A stretch of 56,925 nucleotides of DNA, filler included, from Sluysia triapertura (Eukaryota), in assembly GCA_046118255.1 (NCBI GenBank). It is 4 parts of 4 records of this genome, joined end to end, with 100 filler letters (N's around TTAATTAATTAA, not from the genome) between each part and the next. Parts side by side here need not be neighbours in the genome. Positions count along the whole stretch, not along the records: positions 15,119 to 30,387 come from JBJNIA010232899.1; positions 30,488 to 45,074 come from JBJNIA010254523.1; 2 more parts are not named here. One strand, given 5' to 3'. The notes below the pieces were generated by a model. That model searched no databases. It worked only from the letters and a program-made list of their open reading frames with translations, and had not been told where the DNA came from. How positions within the stretch are numbered: the first letter of the stretch is position 1; every line of letters begins with the position of its first letter. The translations under genes were made by a program, and so were the position numbers. This document shows positions 25,822-38,187 of this stretch, piece after piece.

Positions 25822-27760
25822 GTCATTAATAGAATTACTTAGTCTAAGTAATATATTATTTAATAGGTTATTATTTTCTAATATATCTAATTTATCTCTT
25901 TTTTTAATTATACTTTCGAAACCACCTTGAGTTTTTCTCCATGAAATTTATTATCTAATATCTAATTTCTCATTAGTAAGAAATTTTGCTTTATCACATT
26001 GGAACAATATATAGGCAATAATAATGTTGAGCTTTAATTATTACTAATTTATATTGTCCCGTATCTATATACTCGCGTACATCCTTATCTCTATACTTCT
26101 ACAATCATTGCGTTATTTGAATAATTGCACTTCTACAATCCTTGATCTTAGGTAATAATACTTTATACTTATCAAGATTATTAAACTTATGCGACAAAGA
26201 TGCATAAATTAAACTTGCTGCACCTAATTCAATTTTTTGCTATCGTAAATAATTTTCGTTAAATCTACGGTATTTCTATTAGCATAATTAGGAGTTACTA
26301 ATTGATCAATGTATTCTTCTTTTCTTGTTCTATCTGTTTCCTTATTCAATGTTTCAACATGTGGGTTGTCATTTAAATCTATTATGTAATTAGGTTGTTC
26401 ATTATCTCTATCAATAGTAATATTATTCTTATCTTTATTATCATTTGTAACTATACTTGGATGGAGAAAGCAATCCATATTATTTTTATTAACTTAATTG
26501 GGAGTAGAATAATTAAGAGGTACATCATAAACAATAGTTACTTTAATATATCATTGTGAATTCCAAGAGGGTAACCATAATCATTTAAAAATTCATTGGG
26601 CGCCAGATTTCTATCATTAAAATATAAGTTGACAACCGTAGTATTAGAGTCATTCATTTTAATTAAATCTATAATTTCTTTAACTCTCGTAGTGACAGGC
26701 AGTTCCATTACTGCATTTATTGAATCATTAATTAATTCATTTTTTCTTTCTATTAATGCTATTTTCTTTAGTTTTTTTCTTTCTTTAATTTTACGAGAAC
26801 TTTAATTTCGATGACTTCTATATCTAGTCGGTCCTTTATTTGTAGTCATCTCTAATGTGTTTGTTTGTATAACTCTCATCGTTGGCAGATACTATTATTG
26901 GTTCCAGTTAATTTTGCTTTCTAGACTAACTTCGTCATTTACATTCGAATTACTATCTTCATTTGTATTGAATTTTCATATTCATTGATTGTTGAATTTG
27001 TTTCGAGATTTTCACTTGTTATTGATTCCACTTCTATTAAGTTGTTTGTTTCTATATTGAATTCGGTACTATTATCAGTTTCCTCAGTGGTAATCGAATC
27101 AGTGTCGGTATTCTCATCTGATGTTAAACTCAAATTGTTACTTTTTTAATATTTAATTCAAGTGTATTTTTCTGTTTCTGTAACTCCTTTTCTTTCAACG
27201 CTTGTTTTTTTTAAATATTTAAGATAATACTCGTACATATAATTTATAAATGCGTCTTTTTCTTCTTTTTGTCTATTATATCTATCTTTTTGCATCATCA
27301 TCGTCACCATCTAACTTTATTCTAGAAAATTCATTGATAAATCCATCATTATAATGTCTTTTAGAGCACACTCTATCTTCTATAATTTTCTTCTTCAAAT
27401 TCATAATCTCCGTGTAATTATAATAAGTGTGATCATAATTATTGTAACCCTTGCTCGTGTTCTTACTGTCGATAAACCTTATTTTTCTATCTGAACTTGT
27501 CCCTCTCGTACAATCTTGTATTTTAGTAAGATTTTGGTTGAAAGTGTCTGATCTTAACTTCCTACAATTTCTAACATAGTGACCTTGCTTACCACAGTTA
27601 CTACATATTACATTTGATTGAGTCTTACAGTTATTATTAATATCAAATTTAGCAGGAGTCTTATTTCTAATGTCACTACTATTATTTTTCTATCAAAATA
27701 TTCACTAACGCAATGCATGTTTTTGTTCTTAACCATTGAAGCCTTATCGGTAAAGACACC
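25822..27760 (-). pseudogene. gag-position ORF with CCHC zinc knuckle, disrupted
   Basis: CSNCGKQGHYVRNC (C-x2-C-x4-H-x4-C) at ~27605-27565, followed by acidic and unrecognised segments broken by stops and frameshifts. Confidence 0.7.
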
Positions 27761-29170
27761 TTATTAGTTTGTAAAGAATGATTTTTTTTATCCTTTTTCT
27801 TATCCTTAGTAAATTCAATTAGACTAGGTGTATCAATTGTGAAGGCTTAAAAACTTAAATGTAAAGGTATATAAACGTATTCGAATATCGGAACTTAATA
27901 ACTTAAATTCAGTTGGGTTAAAAATTCAAATCGGAATCAATTATGTTAAACTTAAATCAAGAAAACTTAATAAAATTCAATTAAACTTGGAAAGGATCAA
28001 AATCTTATGAAACATAATCGGGAAGCTTTTATCAATAAACTTAAACTTAATACCAATAGAATAAACTTATAATCAAACTTAAAACTTATGTAACATCAAT
28101 CTTATTATCTAAATTAACGTAACTTAGTAGGATAATGTTAAAAATCGCACAAATCTCTTACAATACTTAACGAAATATCGAAAAACTTAAACTTTTACTT
28201 ATCAAATCAAGAAAACTTATAAACAAAATGATACTTATAAAATTCAAAATGATACTTTAACTCGATAAAATCGTACAAAGTCGTAATTATAAACTTAACT
28301 TTCATTAAAATTAGGGGTATAACTTACTTAAAACTTATGTAAAATCATATAATCAACTGAAACTTAATGAAATTCTTATAAAATAACTATTAAACTTATA
28401 TAACTTAATGTCAAACTTATAAAAATCGTACAAAACTAATTAAATTAGCGCAAAAACTTAATAAACTTATAAATGTTTACTTAAATGAAAAACTTATAAA
28501 AATCAACTATAACTTATCAAATACTTAAGGGGTAATCAAAATATTAATTTATAATAGCTTAAACTTAACGGAAACCTAACTTATTTAACAAAATATTCGA
28601 TAAACTTAAACTTATAACATAAGAAATTCAAAATTTAATACTTAAACTCTTTAAAATTCACAATTCGGAGGCTTAAACTTAATCTTAACTTATTACATAT
28701 CCAAATAACAATATAATTCAAACTGATAACCTTAAACTTAACAAATTCTTATCAAAATAACTTGGAAAACAACTTAAAAAATATAAACCTTATAGAAATT
28801 CAAACTTAATGCATAACTTATTACTTAAAACTGTCAAAGATTCAAATGAAAATATCAAAATATGACTTATATTGTCGAAAATGTAACTCAAAGAATCAAA
28901 ATTTAATCTTATTTTTAAAAGTATGAAAACTTGAAAATTATCAAACATTTTCAAACATTACCAAAACTTCTCAATTGGCACAATCGAAACTTAAAATTCA
29001 ACACTTTAATTCATTTAATACTGTCTAAATGAAGTTTAACTTAAACATTGTTAACACTTAAATTAACTTTATAATGTCTAAATACTCAAAAAATTCACCC
29101 CTGAATGATTTATTTATCATCTAAACTCAAATTATCTCAACAATTTAACGTTATGTCTTAACTTATGCTG

Positions 29171-29188
29171 GTCCCAATTCTGGAACCA
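29171..29188 (-). promoter_or_regulatory. Primer binding site of the LTR element
   Basis: Minus strand TGGTTCCAGAATTGGGAC starts with TGG, complementary to a tRNA CCA end. The implied ...GGAACCA tRNA end is Glu-like (inference). It sits at the boundary between the LTR and the leader. Confidence 0.7.
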
Positions 29189-29189
29189 A

Positions 29190-29917
29190 ATTTTCTTAAA
29201 TTTAAAACCTACGGCAAAATATAAATTAAGCAGGGTTCGGTTATAGTAAACGACTTATATCGTAAAGAAGTCGTCTCTATAACTATTCGCACTTAAAACT
29301 TAATTAAAAGAAGTTTATCTGTGAGGGTTCAATCAATTTGCTTCTTAAAAATAATAATTAAAAACCACAAAACTTTTTAATAGCACTAAATAGCTTATAA
29401 AACAGGCAATAAAGATTAGACAATTTAAAATTAAAATTCGATAGAATATTTAATTTATTATTTGATTTTAATTACAAAATTCCCTCAGCAGATCGGAGCA
29501 AAAACTAATTTACAAAAATATTTTACGTAAAAATTTATTATTTTTATCTTCTCTAGGAAGGTAAAAACTCCTTCCAAAAATAACATACCGTATTCATGGA
29601 AATAAAAAATTTGCTCGAAGAATAGTCCAAAGATGCTCAGATATAATTGCTAAAAAATTGATACCAATGAAATAGAAACGATCGCAGAAATTAAATAACT
29701 AAAACAAATAGCAATTAAATAAATGGCAAAATAGTAAAATTGATTCTAGTTTATATATTAGTCATCAACCAGCAGAAAGTGATAGAATGTTCTAGAATGT
29801 TCTTTTCTATTTTTAATAAGGAATTTTCTTTTTTAGAAATTAAGTTATTTTATTGAAAAATGGTGTTAGTGCAATGCGGTAAATTGTTTTTGAATTTTTA
29901 ATAGGTTTGTGATGACA
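29190..29917 (-). repeat. 5' LTR (approximate)
   Basis: Lies upstream of the PBS, starts TGTCATCACA on the minus strand and contains AGAACATTCTAGAACATTCT. Its 5' part resembles the sequence from 48385 onward. Confidence 0.6.
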
Positions 29918-30119
29918 ATTTGACACTACTACTACTACTACTATGTTAAAGATTATTAAAATGGTTATTTAATCTTGCAGAATAAAAGCACATAAGTGAG
30001 TTCACCAACGTATCTAGGCTGAAAGGTTATAGCTAGACCGTTAGATTTTTTAAAATAATGATTTACTGGAGGTTAATTTTAGTCTTTAATACTTTTGTAA
30101 TCAACGCTTGGCAGTGCAT

Positions 30120-30387
30120 ATTGCTGTAATATGTATGCAATAATTTATAATTTATAATTTTATAAACGATTTTATAAATAATTTTATAATTTTACTTTTA
30201 TAATTTATTAAATGAAAACCTTAACAAAATTCAGTTTTTAAAAATTTTTAAATCGTCGAGTTATTATTAAATGAAATCTTTTACAATTCGTTTAAATTAT
30301 TTTAGATTAGATTTTATGAAAGACAATTCAATGTTTACGAACAAAGACCTGCATCGAGTTGGTGAATATTTTGATAGAGAAAATAAT
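30120..30387 (+). mobile_element. Fragment of a second, related gypsy element (leader plus start of first ORF), cut by a gap
   Basis: TTCAATGTTTACGAACAAAGACCTGCATCGAGTTGGTGAATATTTTGATAGAGAAAATAAT matches the minus-strand sequence at ~27740-27680, TTCAATGGTTAAGAACAAAAACATGCATTGCGTTAGTGAATATTTTGATAGAAAAATAAT. Confidence 0.65.
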
Positions 30388-30487
30388 NNNNNNNNNNNNN
30401 NNNNNNNNNNNNNNNNNNNNNNNNNNNNNNNTTAATTAATTAANNNNNNNNNNNNNNNNNNNNNNNNNNNNNNNNNNNNNNNNNNNN
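30388..30487. other. Assembly gap with linker
   Basis: N-run with TTAATTAATTAA. Confidence 0.95.
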
Positions 30488-33400
30488 CCCCGTCTAACAA
30501 TTTCATTTTCAATATATTCAATTATACTACTTGGCACTTTTTAGGCCTTTTACCCCAACAATATGTTAAGAAGAATTAAAGAAAAAGAAAGAAAAATCGT
30601 GAAAGTTTAACAAGAATTTATGTATTTTTTTAAATATTCTTAAATATTTTACATTTAATTAATGTTAATAATAATAGCAACATTATTGTTATTATTATTA
30701 TTAACATTGAACTTCATAATGTTATACGACAATAAAGATTTAGTCACATAATATATCAAAAGAATATAAACATAAACCAATTGATTATTATCCGTCAAGC
30801 CTACCAAAGGCCAGCACTATAATGCGAAAAGATATAATCGAATTGTTCCTAGATGCGGCAGTACAATACTTTAGTTCAATATCAAAATTTAATGCTTCGG
30901 ATGATTTTACGAATTATTATTACAAGTTTATTCTACTTCGAATTAAAGAGTCAACAGTTGAAAATGTCATCAACACTAAATCAAGGGATAGATAAATTGA
31001 TGAGTAAAGTGAATCTATACAGACTAATGAACTATACTCTTTGTGGTAAGATATTTTATGTAAGTTTTTGTTCTATATCTTTTCTGATTTATATTTTAGT
31101 CAACCAAATTAAAGAATGGATCAATAAAGAGCAACTGGCCTTAGTGTCAGAAGAAAAATCAATAAGAGAAAACTTTATGCTAAAATTTAAAATTAACTTT
31201 TCATATAATAAATGTATTGTAATTAGAACTTTTATATTTATTTTAGAAATTAAAATGTCAATGTTAAATCTATTGTTTCTAAAAACATAATGTATCATTA
31301 CATGCCTTTTGGTAACTTTGAAGGTCAAATTGTACCTATATACGACTCATAACCTAATAACATTTCACTCCGTCATTCGTCTGATTCTTGTATAAAATTT
31401 TATTATTAACGCAATTGAATTACTTCCTAGATCCGAACTTAAGAATCTAAAGTCTAACATAAACTCCTTATCTAAAACAGCTCGATTCTGTCTCTATGAT
31501 GCCGAATTATTAAGGACATATCTTGTTAAAGATCCAAAAATCTACAAGTTAACATTTCAAATTTTTAAAATCTTTAAGTTAATATTACAACCAAAAAAAT
31601 AAATTTTCCAAATTGGTGTCTAGAGTTTACCTCCACAGTATGTTAATAGTATTGCAGATTGTTATTTTAATGTGAGAAGTAATTTAAGTAAAAATAGATT
31701 GAGTAGAGTAAAAGTGATGGTTAATAATAAATCAGATTTCTATGTTTTGTACCTAATAAGGTTTGACAAACTGTACTATGTGTGTGTCGGATTAATTCTC
31801 AAAGAATGTTGCAGTGATATGTGTGAGAAAATGTTTAATCACAAAATTGGAATTTATTGGATGCTGCGAAAATATAAAAAGGAAAACTTAAAAATTTTAT
31901 TACACAACGACAATACAACAATAATAATTAGTGATGCGAATGAGTAAATCAAATGATTTGATTTCCAAGAGCTTAATTTTGAGGTGAATAATTATTGAGA
32001 TTAAATAAGAGAATTATTGAAAAATTTATATTTGATGTAGTGAATACTTAAATAATTGAGATTCTTTTTAAATTTGTATTTATTTAAATAATTTAATAAT
32101 TTTCAAAGACGCAACAAACTATCCATGAAAATATTTTTTGTTCACTTGCATGCCATCATAAATTGAGAAATAATCACAAAATCGATATAAATATTTTCGT
32201 AAATTTAAAAATAATCGTAAAAAAATAAATACTTTTTTGAAAAGTAATCATAAAAATAAACATAAAATGAACATAAATACTTTTTGAAAAATATTTCAGG
32301 TAACAATAAAAATTTATGTAAATGCAAATTTAAATTGATGACGATTTTTATCTTCCTTCGACAACGTTTCGGACGATTTCTCATTCTAAATTCGTCATTA
32401 CATCATTACTTTATGCTATATTAAGATGTCATCCAAATCATGATTCATGTATTCATTTTTTTAAAAACCAATTTGGCACCTCCTGTTTTTACTAAGCATT
32501 GAGTCATTTTGGCCAGATCATGTCTTCATACCAATTTTAACTAAATCTTCCAAAGAGAAAAACACATTACAATTACATTTGTATCTAGAAACATTCGATC
32601 AAAATATTCTCGAACAGCTGTTTCGATACGTGTTTAATTTACTTGTTTCACATATATTTCACTATTTGTTACGTAATTCTCAAATATAGTTAGAACATAA
32701 ATTTTGGGAAATTGATGTATACTAAACATCAATAAACACATTTTACCACAAAGTCCGCAATCTTTACTATGTTGTGTCTTTTTTACTTTTATTTTAAATT
32801 ATCAAATTATAACCCAATAACTAAACAAATTCTGAAACTCAGTATAATCTTTACACTGTCACAATTATACAACAAAAAGTTCTTTTACAATAATGCATTT
32901 CTAATATGTATAAAATCAACTGTAATTTAAAAACAACATGCCTTCAATATTTACTTTTATTATCAAATTCAAAGTTAAAAATTTTAATTACAAAACTCTA
33001 AATATTCTAAAATTAATAACAGGGTTGACAGAACATAAATTAATAAATGTTGACACCTATTAATAACAATTAAAAATAACAAAAAAGTATAACACAAGTT
33101 ACTAACCTTGATGAATTCCATTACTATTTATTTTTAATCAATTGCTAAACCTCTATTTCACTGTTTTAACATCTTGTAATCTTAACATCACTGAATATCA
33201 TAAGCAGAACACAACGAATGTAATAATGGAACAGAGTGATACGATGTACGTTGACTTATTCTTAGTTTCTACACTCGTTTTTATTAATACTCTCATAAAT
33301 ATTTAATTGTTTATCTTCATTTTTATGGTATTTATTTATTTTTTAATTATGAAATAAAATTGCGTCTTAGTATATTCCATAAAAAGGATAGTAAGATTGA

Positions 33401-35133
33401 ATTAAAGAAAGAATTTACTTATCAAAAAATAAACTTTTTTAATGTAGAAATTTTTTTACGATCAGTAAAAATTATAATAAACATTCCTCGATCAATAAGA
33501 AGATACGTAAACCGTAACTTATAGATGTAATTATAAAAGAACTGTTGACAAATTTAAGTATCGATAATACAAATGAAGATCATATTATACAAATTCAACA
33601 TGCATTAATAAACCTAATAAAAGATTTTTAACAAATCATGTTCCATCGTTTACGATCTTAACAATCTTCTGTCATGAAAAATGAATCAAATATTGAGTCA
33701 CAAATTTTCAATATTTAATCAATATTCAATCATTTACACTTTAACCGACGAAACAAAAGCATTAAACCTCACACAAATTCGGACATACAGGCTTCTCAGA
33801 AAACATTCATTCATCTTGTCTCATTTCAACAAAATTTTGGACAAAAATTTCTCATTACATATACCCAATAGAATAATCTAACTTCCTTGTATTTAGTGAA
33901 CTTTATTTTTGTTTGAAATTTTTATTTGAAATATTAATTCACTGAATCGGTAATTCTGAAAATAACAAATCGATTGAAAGAGAAATGAAGACCAATATCT
34001 ACTATCTATTAATACAAGTTACAGAAGAGAATAAATTTCTGTTACATGTCCGATTAAAGGAAGATCAGAGTTCCGGTGATTTTTGTTTTAAAACTGAGGT
34101 ATGCGGCTATGAATTGTTAATATATGACAATTACTTCATTTATTAAAAGTGATCCTCGTAATAAAGTATTTCTTTGTTAAAAATGACTAATGACTAATTA
34201 CTGGATGTGTGTTCGTATTGATATGAGATGACTAATATATCGTTAACTTATTTGATTATTGATTTGTAATATTTGTTTATATTATTAATATTAGCTAACT
34301 ATTTTTAATTCATTTTACATTTCTTTGTATTCAAATTTTTATGTAATTGTAATTCATTTAATTTTGGAAATAAATCTTATTAAAGTAAGAAATTATATAC
34401 TGTTAATTAAAAAGTATATTTTAATTAAAAAAATTATATATTAATTAAACTAACGTGATAAATAAATATTTTGTTTCAATAAACTAAATTTTAATCTTTT
34501 GTTTTAATCTGAAGGTCAGATTAAAAACAAGTATAGATAAAGTCAAATTTTGTAAACATTTCACAATTTTCTTAACAATTTTTTAACTTAATCAGCTCAC
34601 TGTTTACAAACTCTTTTAGTGTTACGTTACTTTAATTATTGTAAGATACGATATTAATAATAATATCCTTATTATTAATAATAAATCTTAAAATCTTTTA
34701 TTAAATATTTGGATCTTATAATGGATCCTACGAAAAATCATTGATAAACTAACTGAACTTTTAAAAATTTTAACACTTATTGAGTTAAAACAGGTAAATT
34801 AATATTATTGTATTATACATTTCTTCTTATTATTACGTCATAACTGTTTCATAATAAATTATTAAAAAAGAGTTTTGTTATTTAATTTCTATAGATATAA
34901 ATTATAAAATCAACAGACGAAAGTGCTTTCAACAATTGGAATTTAAATCCAATTACATAAAATATTTTTTAAGATTTCATTTCAAGGAATCTACGTAAAA
35001 TAACTCAAGTAACATTACCATTACTAATTTTTTGATAAAATCTCATAAAATTCCTTAATATCAAAAACTTACCTCCAGACATATTTAGTTCGACATTTAA
35101 GGATAGCGAAGCCCTTTTATCATCCTTCAAGCC

Positions 35134-35723
35134 TAAGGTGACCAGATTTTTAGATGGGCAAAGCGGTACAACTCTGAAGGAGGGGAAAGTATCAACAGAA
35201 TAAAAATAATATCATAATTTTTTTATTTTTAACATAAGTACAAATTATAAATATTAATAAATGTATAATATTTTATTCCTTGACATATTTTTTATTTGAG
35301 TGAATTTGTTTCAGTAGATTTTTTATTCGTAAAGTTTATTTGTATGTTTCTTTCTAAAATTTCTTTTAAGGTTAAGGTCGGTGATATTCTTTTTGTCATC
35401 AATATAAAATATGAAGACTACGAGTATTTTAAGCTAAGTTTAAGAAAATTTATGTATTTATGAAATATTAATTTTCTATGGTAAGTAGCATATTTGTAAT
35501 ATTTATTTGTTTAATTAGCTTGCTAGAACGTAGTACGAGCACTAAGTGTATCATCTGGTTAGCAAAAGCAATATGTTAGTCGTCGTAGCTCATTGGATTC
35601 TTAGAACGCAAAACAATGATTTTCATATATATAAAATTTAACTTAATTCTATAAGTCGGGACGCAGGACAAATTGTGAAAAATCGGGAATGTCCCGCCAA
35701 AAGCGGTACGTCTGGTCACTTTA
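35134..35723. mobile_element. 590-bp non-autonomous hAT element (Blackjack-like TIRs)
   Basis: TIRs TAAGGTGACCAGA ... TCTGGTCACTTTA; 8-bp TSD TTCAAGCC / TTCAAGAC (one mismatch); subterminal CGGGAC/GTCCCG motifs. Confidence 0.9.
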
Positions 35724-36024
35724 TTCAAGACTCTTTTATTCACAAATCCAACGACTGGCCCTAACAGGTAATCCCAGTACGTTGGTGAACTCACGTAAAA
35801 CCGTCTCTTTATTCTATTAATATACTTTAAATATTTTCCACAGTTTATATATTTTTATTATTTTAATTGAATACAAATGTGAATAAGTTTAAAATCTGTA
35901 ATAGTGAATATATCAATTGTTAATTTATTGTTTAGTTTATCTTTTAATTGTACCTTTAAATATAAATGTTAAATTTGAATTTATTGAGTTGTCAGGAATC
36001 GGTAATCTAACAATAAAATAATAT

Positions 36025-36206
36025 NNNNNNNNNNNNNNNNNNNNNNNNNNNNNNNNNNNNNNNNNNNNNNNNNNNNNNNNNNNNNNNNNNNNNNNNNNNN
36101 NNNNNNNNNNNNNNNNNNNNNNNNNNNNNNNNNNNNNNNNNNNNNNNNNNNNNNNNNNNNNNNNNNNNNNNNNNNNNNNNNNNNNNNNNNNNNNNNNNNN
36201 NNNNNN
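36025..36206. other. Assembly gap
   Basis: N-run. Confidence 0.95.
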
Positions 36207-36302
36207 GTTAAAAATCTTCGGAAAATTAATATTTTAAATTAATTAATTTATTATTATGGTTCCTTATTTTATTTGAATATGTGATGAAAATAATAATTTC
36301 AG

Positions 36303-37455
36303 ATGATTATCAACGAAACCTTATCAGAAAATTGCGTATGGCACCGATCTCGACAATCAAACGGTTATATGAAATTAATACAACTTAGCACGTTGTTGGT
36401 TCCAACATTTAACCTATCATATTTATCAACCAATTCAATTTATTCCAATTATATTACCAAATCCAATTGGGCATTCATATTATCACCTCAGAAGTTATCT
36501 CGAGATATCAACAACGAGTCGAGATCGAATTTAAAATTGAATATTAATAATTTTTTAAATAGTAGTACAAATTTGAAATTAGTTTTCAGACTTTATGATA
36601 AATGGCGACAGTCTGTTATACCCAAAATATGTTACGATATCGATCAAAATATTCGTAAATTGCAACAATTTAAACAAAACATCTTCAATCGGATTGGTCG
36701 AATTTGTCGTAAAATTTTAACCAATCAAAATTACTCTATTTCAACAAATGATATTAATAAAAATAATCAGAAAATGAATCTAATTCATCTTTTCAATAGT
36801 TATTTTTATCATCAACAATTGGTAACACGCTATTGGTTAGTATATTTTGATTTAATCCAATTAAAAATGAGTACTCACAATTTTAATTTATATGAAAATA
36901 AAATATTATTTAAGTACATAAATACATTTCCCATTATAATTCAGGTTCCTATATAACATCTATTATTCGAATTTGCAGCTGGCAGTAAAGTATAACTACT
37001 TTCATCGTTCACATAAATTCCAATTAAAGATCGACAATATCAATAAATCGTACAAAGAAATAATTCTTAAATTCCATCGACTTCGTCATCGTATATGTCA
37101 GTTATTAACACCGGAATCTGTCGAAGTTTGTTTCTGTTTCGGTAATATACAATTCAGTCAAATTAATTGTGCTAATTTTAATTCAACAATTACTAAATTA
37201 AGCAATCAGCAATCAAAATCGATTTATTTCGGATTTAAAAATTTTGATTGGTTCATATCAAACAGTGTTCCTGATTGGTTCAAAATGCCAACTAATACAG
37301 AAATCAGTCGTGCCGTGGAAATTAATCGATTGTATGATGCTAATAAAAAATCGATTATTCAATTGCGTCAAGTGTATATTACGAAAGAATTAATGAATGG
37401 AAATCGCATCCACAACATGGCTAGTGATGCTTGTAAAGCCAGTGTTTGCTTGTAA
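36303..37455 (+). CDS. Uncharacterised host protein, last two exons (36303-36944, 36979-37455); further 5' exons may lie in or before the gap
   Basis: Two long open frames joined in frame by a phase-0 34-nt GT-AG intron (36945-36978). A TTTCAG acceptor immediately precedes 36303. No disablements; family not recognised. Confidence 0.75.
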
Positions 37456-38112
37456 ACTTGAGGAGTTATATCTAGTTATTAAAATCATTTTTCAAATATC
37501 ACAGTTACTAAGCGACATAATTATATTTTTAGAAATTATTTCGAAATGTAAAATTAAAAATTAATCGAAATTATTAATAATATTCCAAACTGCGTTTTCG
37601 CATTTATAAAATGTGACTTTGTCAAGTAAAACATCGCAAATTGATTCTAATTGTTTGCGAATTAGAACGATATATGACTCGTTTATTAAGAAGAATTAAA
37701 ATATGCTTTGTATTCTCTACACAGAATTGAATGGCTGCCTTTTCTGTCTTCGTTTCTGTAAATAATTCGTCTTTCATCCGATTGTGTTCGTATATAACAT
37801 ATTTATAATTATATAATTATATAATTTATAATTTTATTTTTGATTATTTTTGATATGTGACATCAAATATTTAATATTATTTTATATACACACAAGAATT
37901 TACAATAATTTATTTTGCTTAGTAATAATAATAATAATTAATTATAAATTACAGATTCTCTCTTGAACAACTCACTTTTTGATTGTACACAATTTCAATG
38001 TTTTCTTTTTCTCATTTTTTATTTATTGTTTTTGATGTTATTCCAAATTTTGCACTCATTCTTTACAACAATCATTCATTTCTCACTTGTTTTTGTGATG
38101 TTGTGTCTTGTG

Positions 38113-38171
<59 letters not shown>

Positions 38172-38187
38172 CATTATTATTATTATT
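38113..38187. repeat. (ATT)n microsatellite
   Basis: Near-pure ATT run. Confidence 0.95.

Larger units (their letters stand above)
21020..29917 (-). mobile_element. Degenerate env-carrying Ty3/gypsy LTR retroelement; 3' LTR not seen
   Basis: On the minus strand, in order: LTR-like block, PBS, CCHC knuckle, glycoprotein, protease DTG, RT YIDD, RNase H, integrase HHCC and GLVERFNRTL. The PR-RT-RH-IN order is gypsy-type. Many stops, frameshifts and deletions. Confidence 0.93.

Noticed and set aside
37570-37800. Homeodomain-like RRQKRQPF on the minus strand
   Set aside because: No WF.N helix-3 motif; the frame has stops and other frames are equally plausible.
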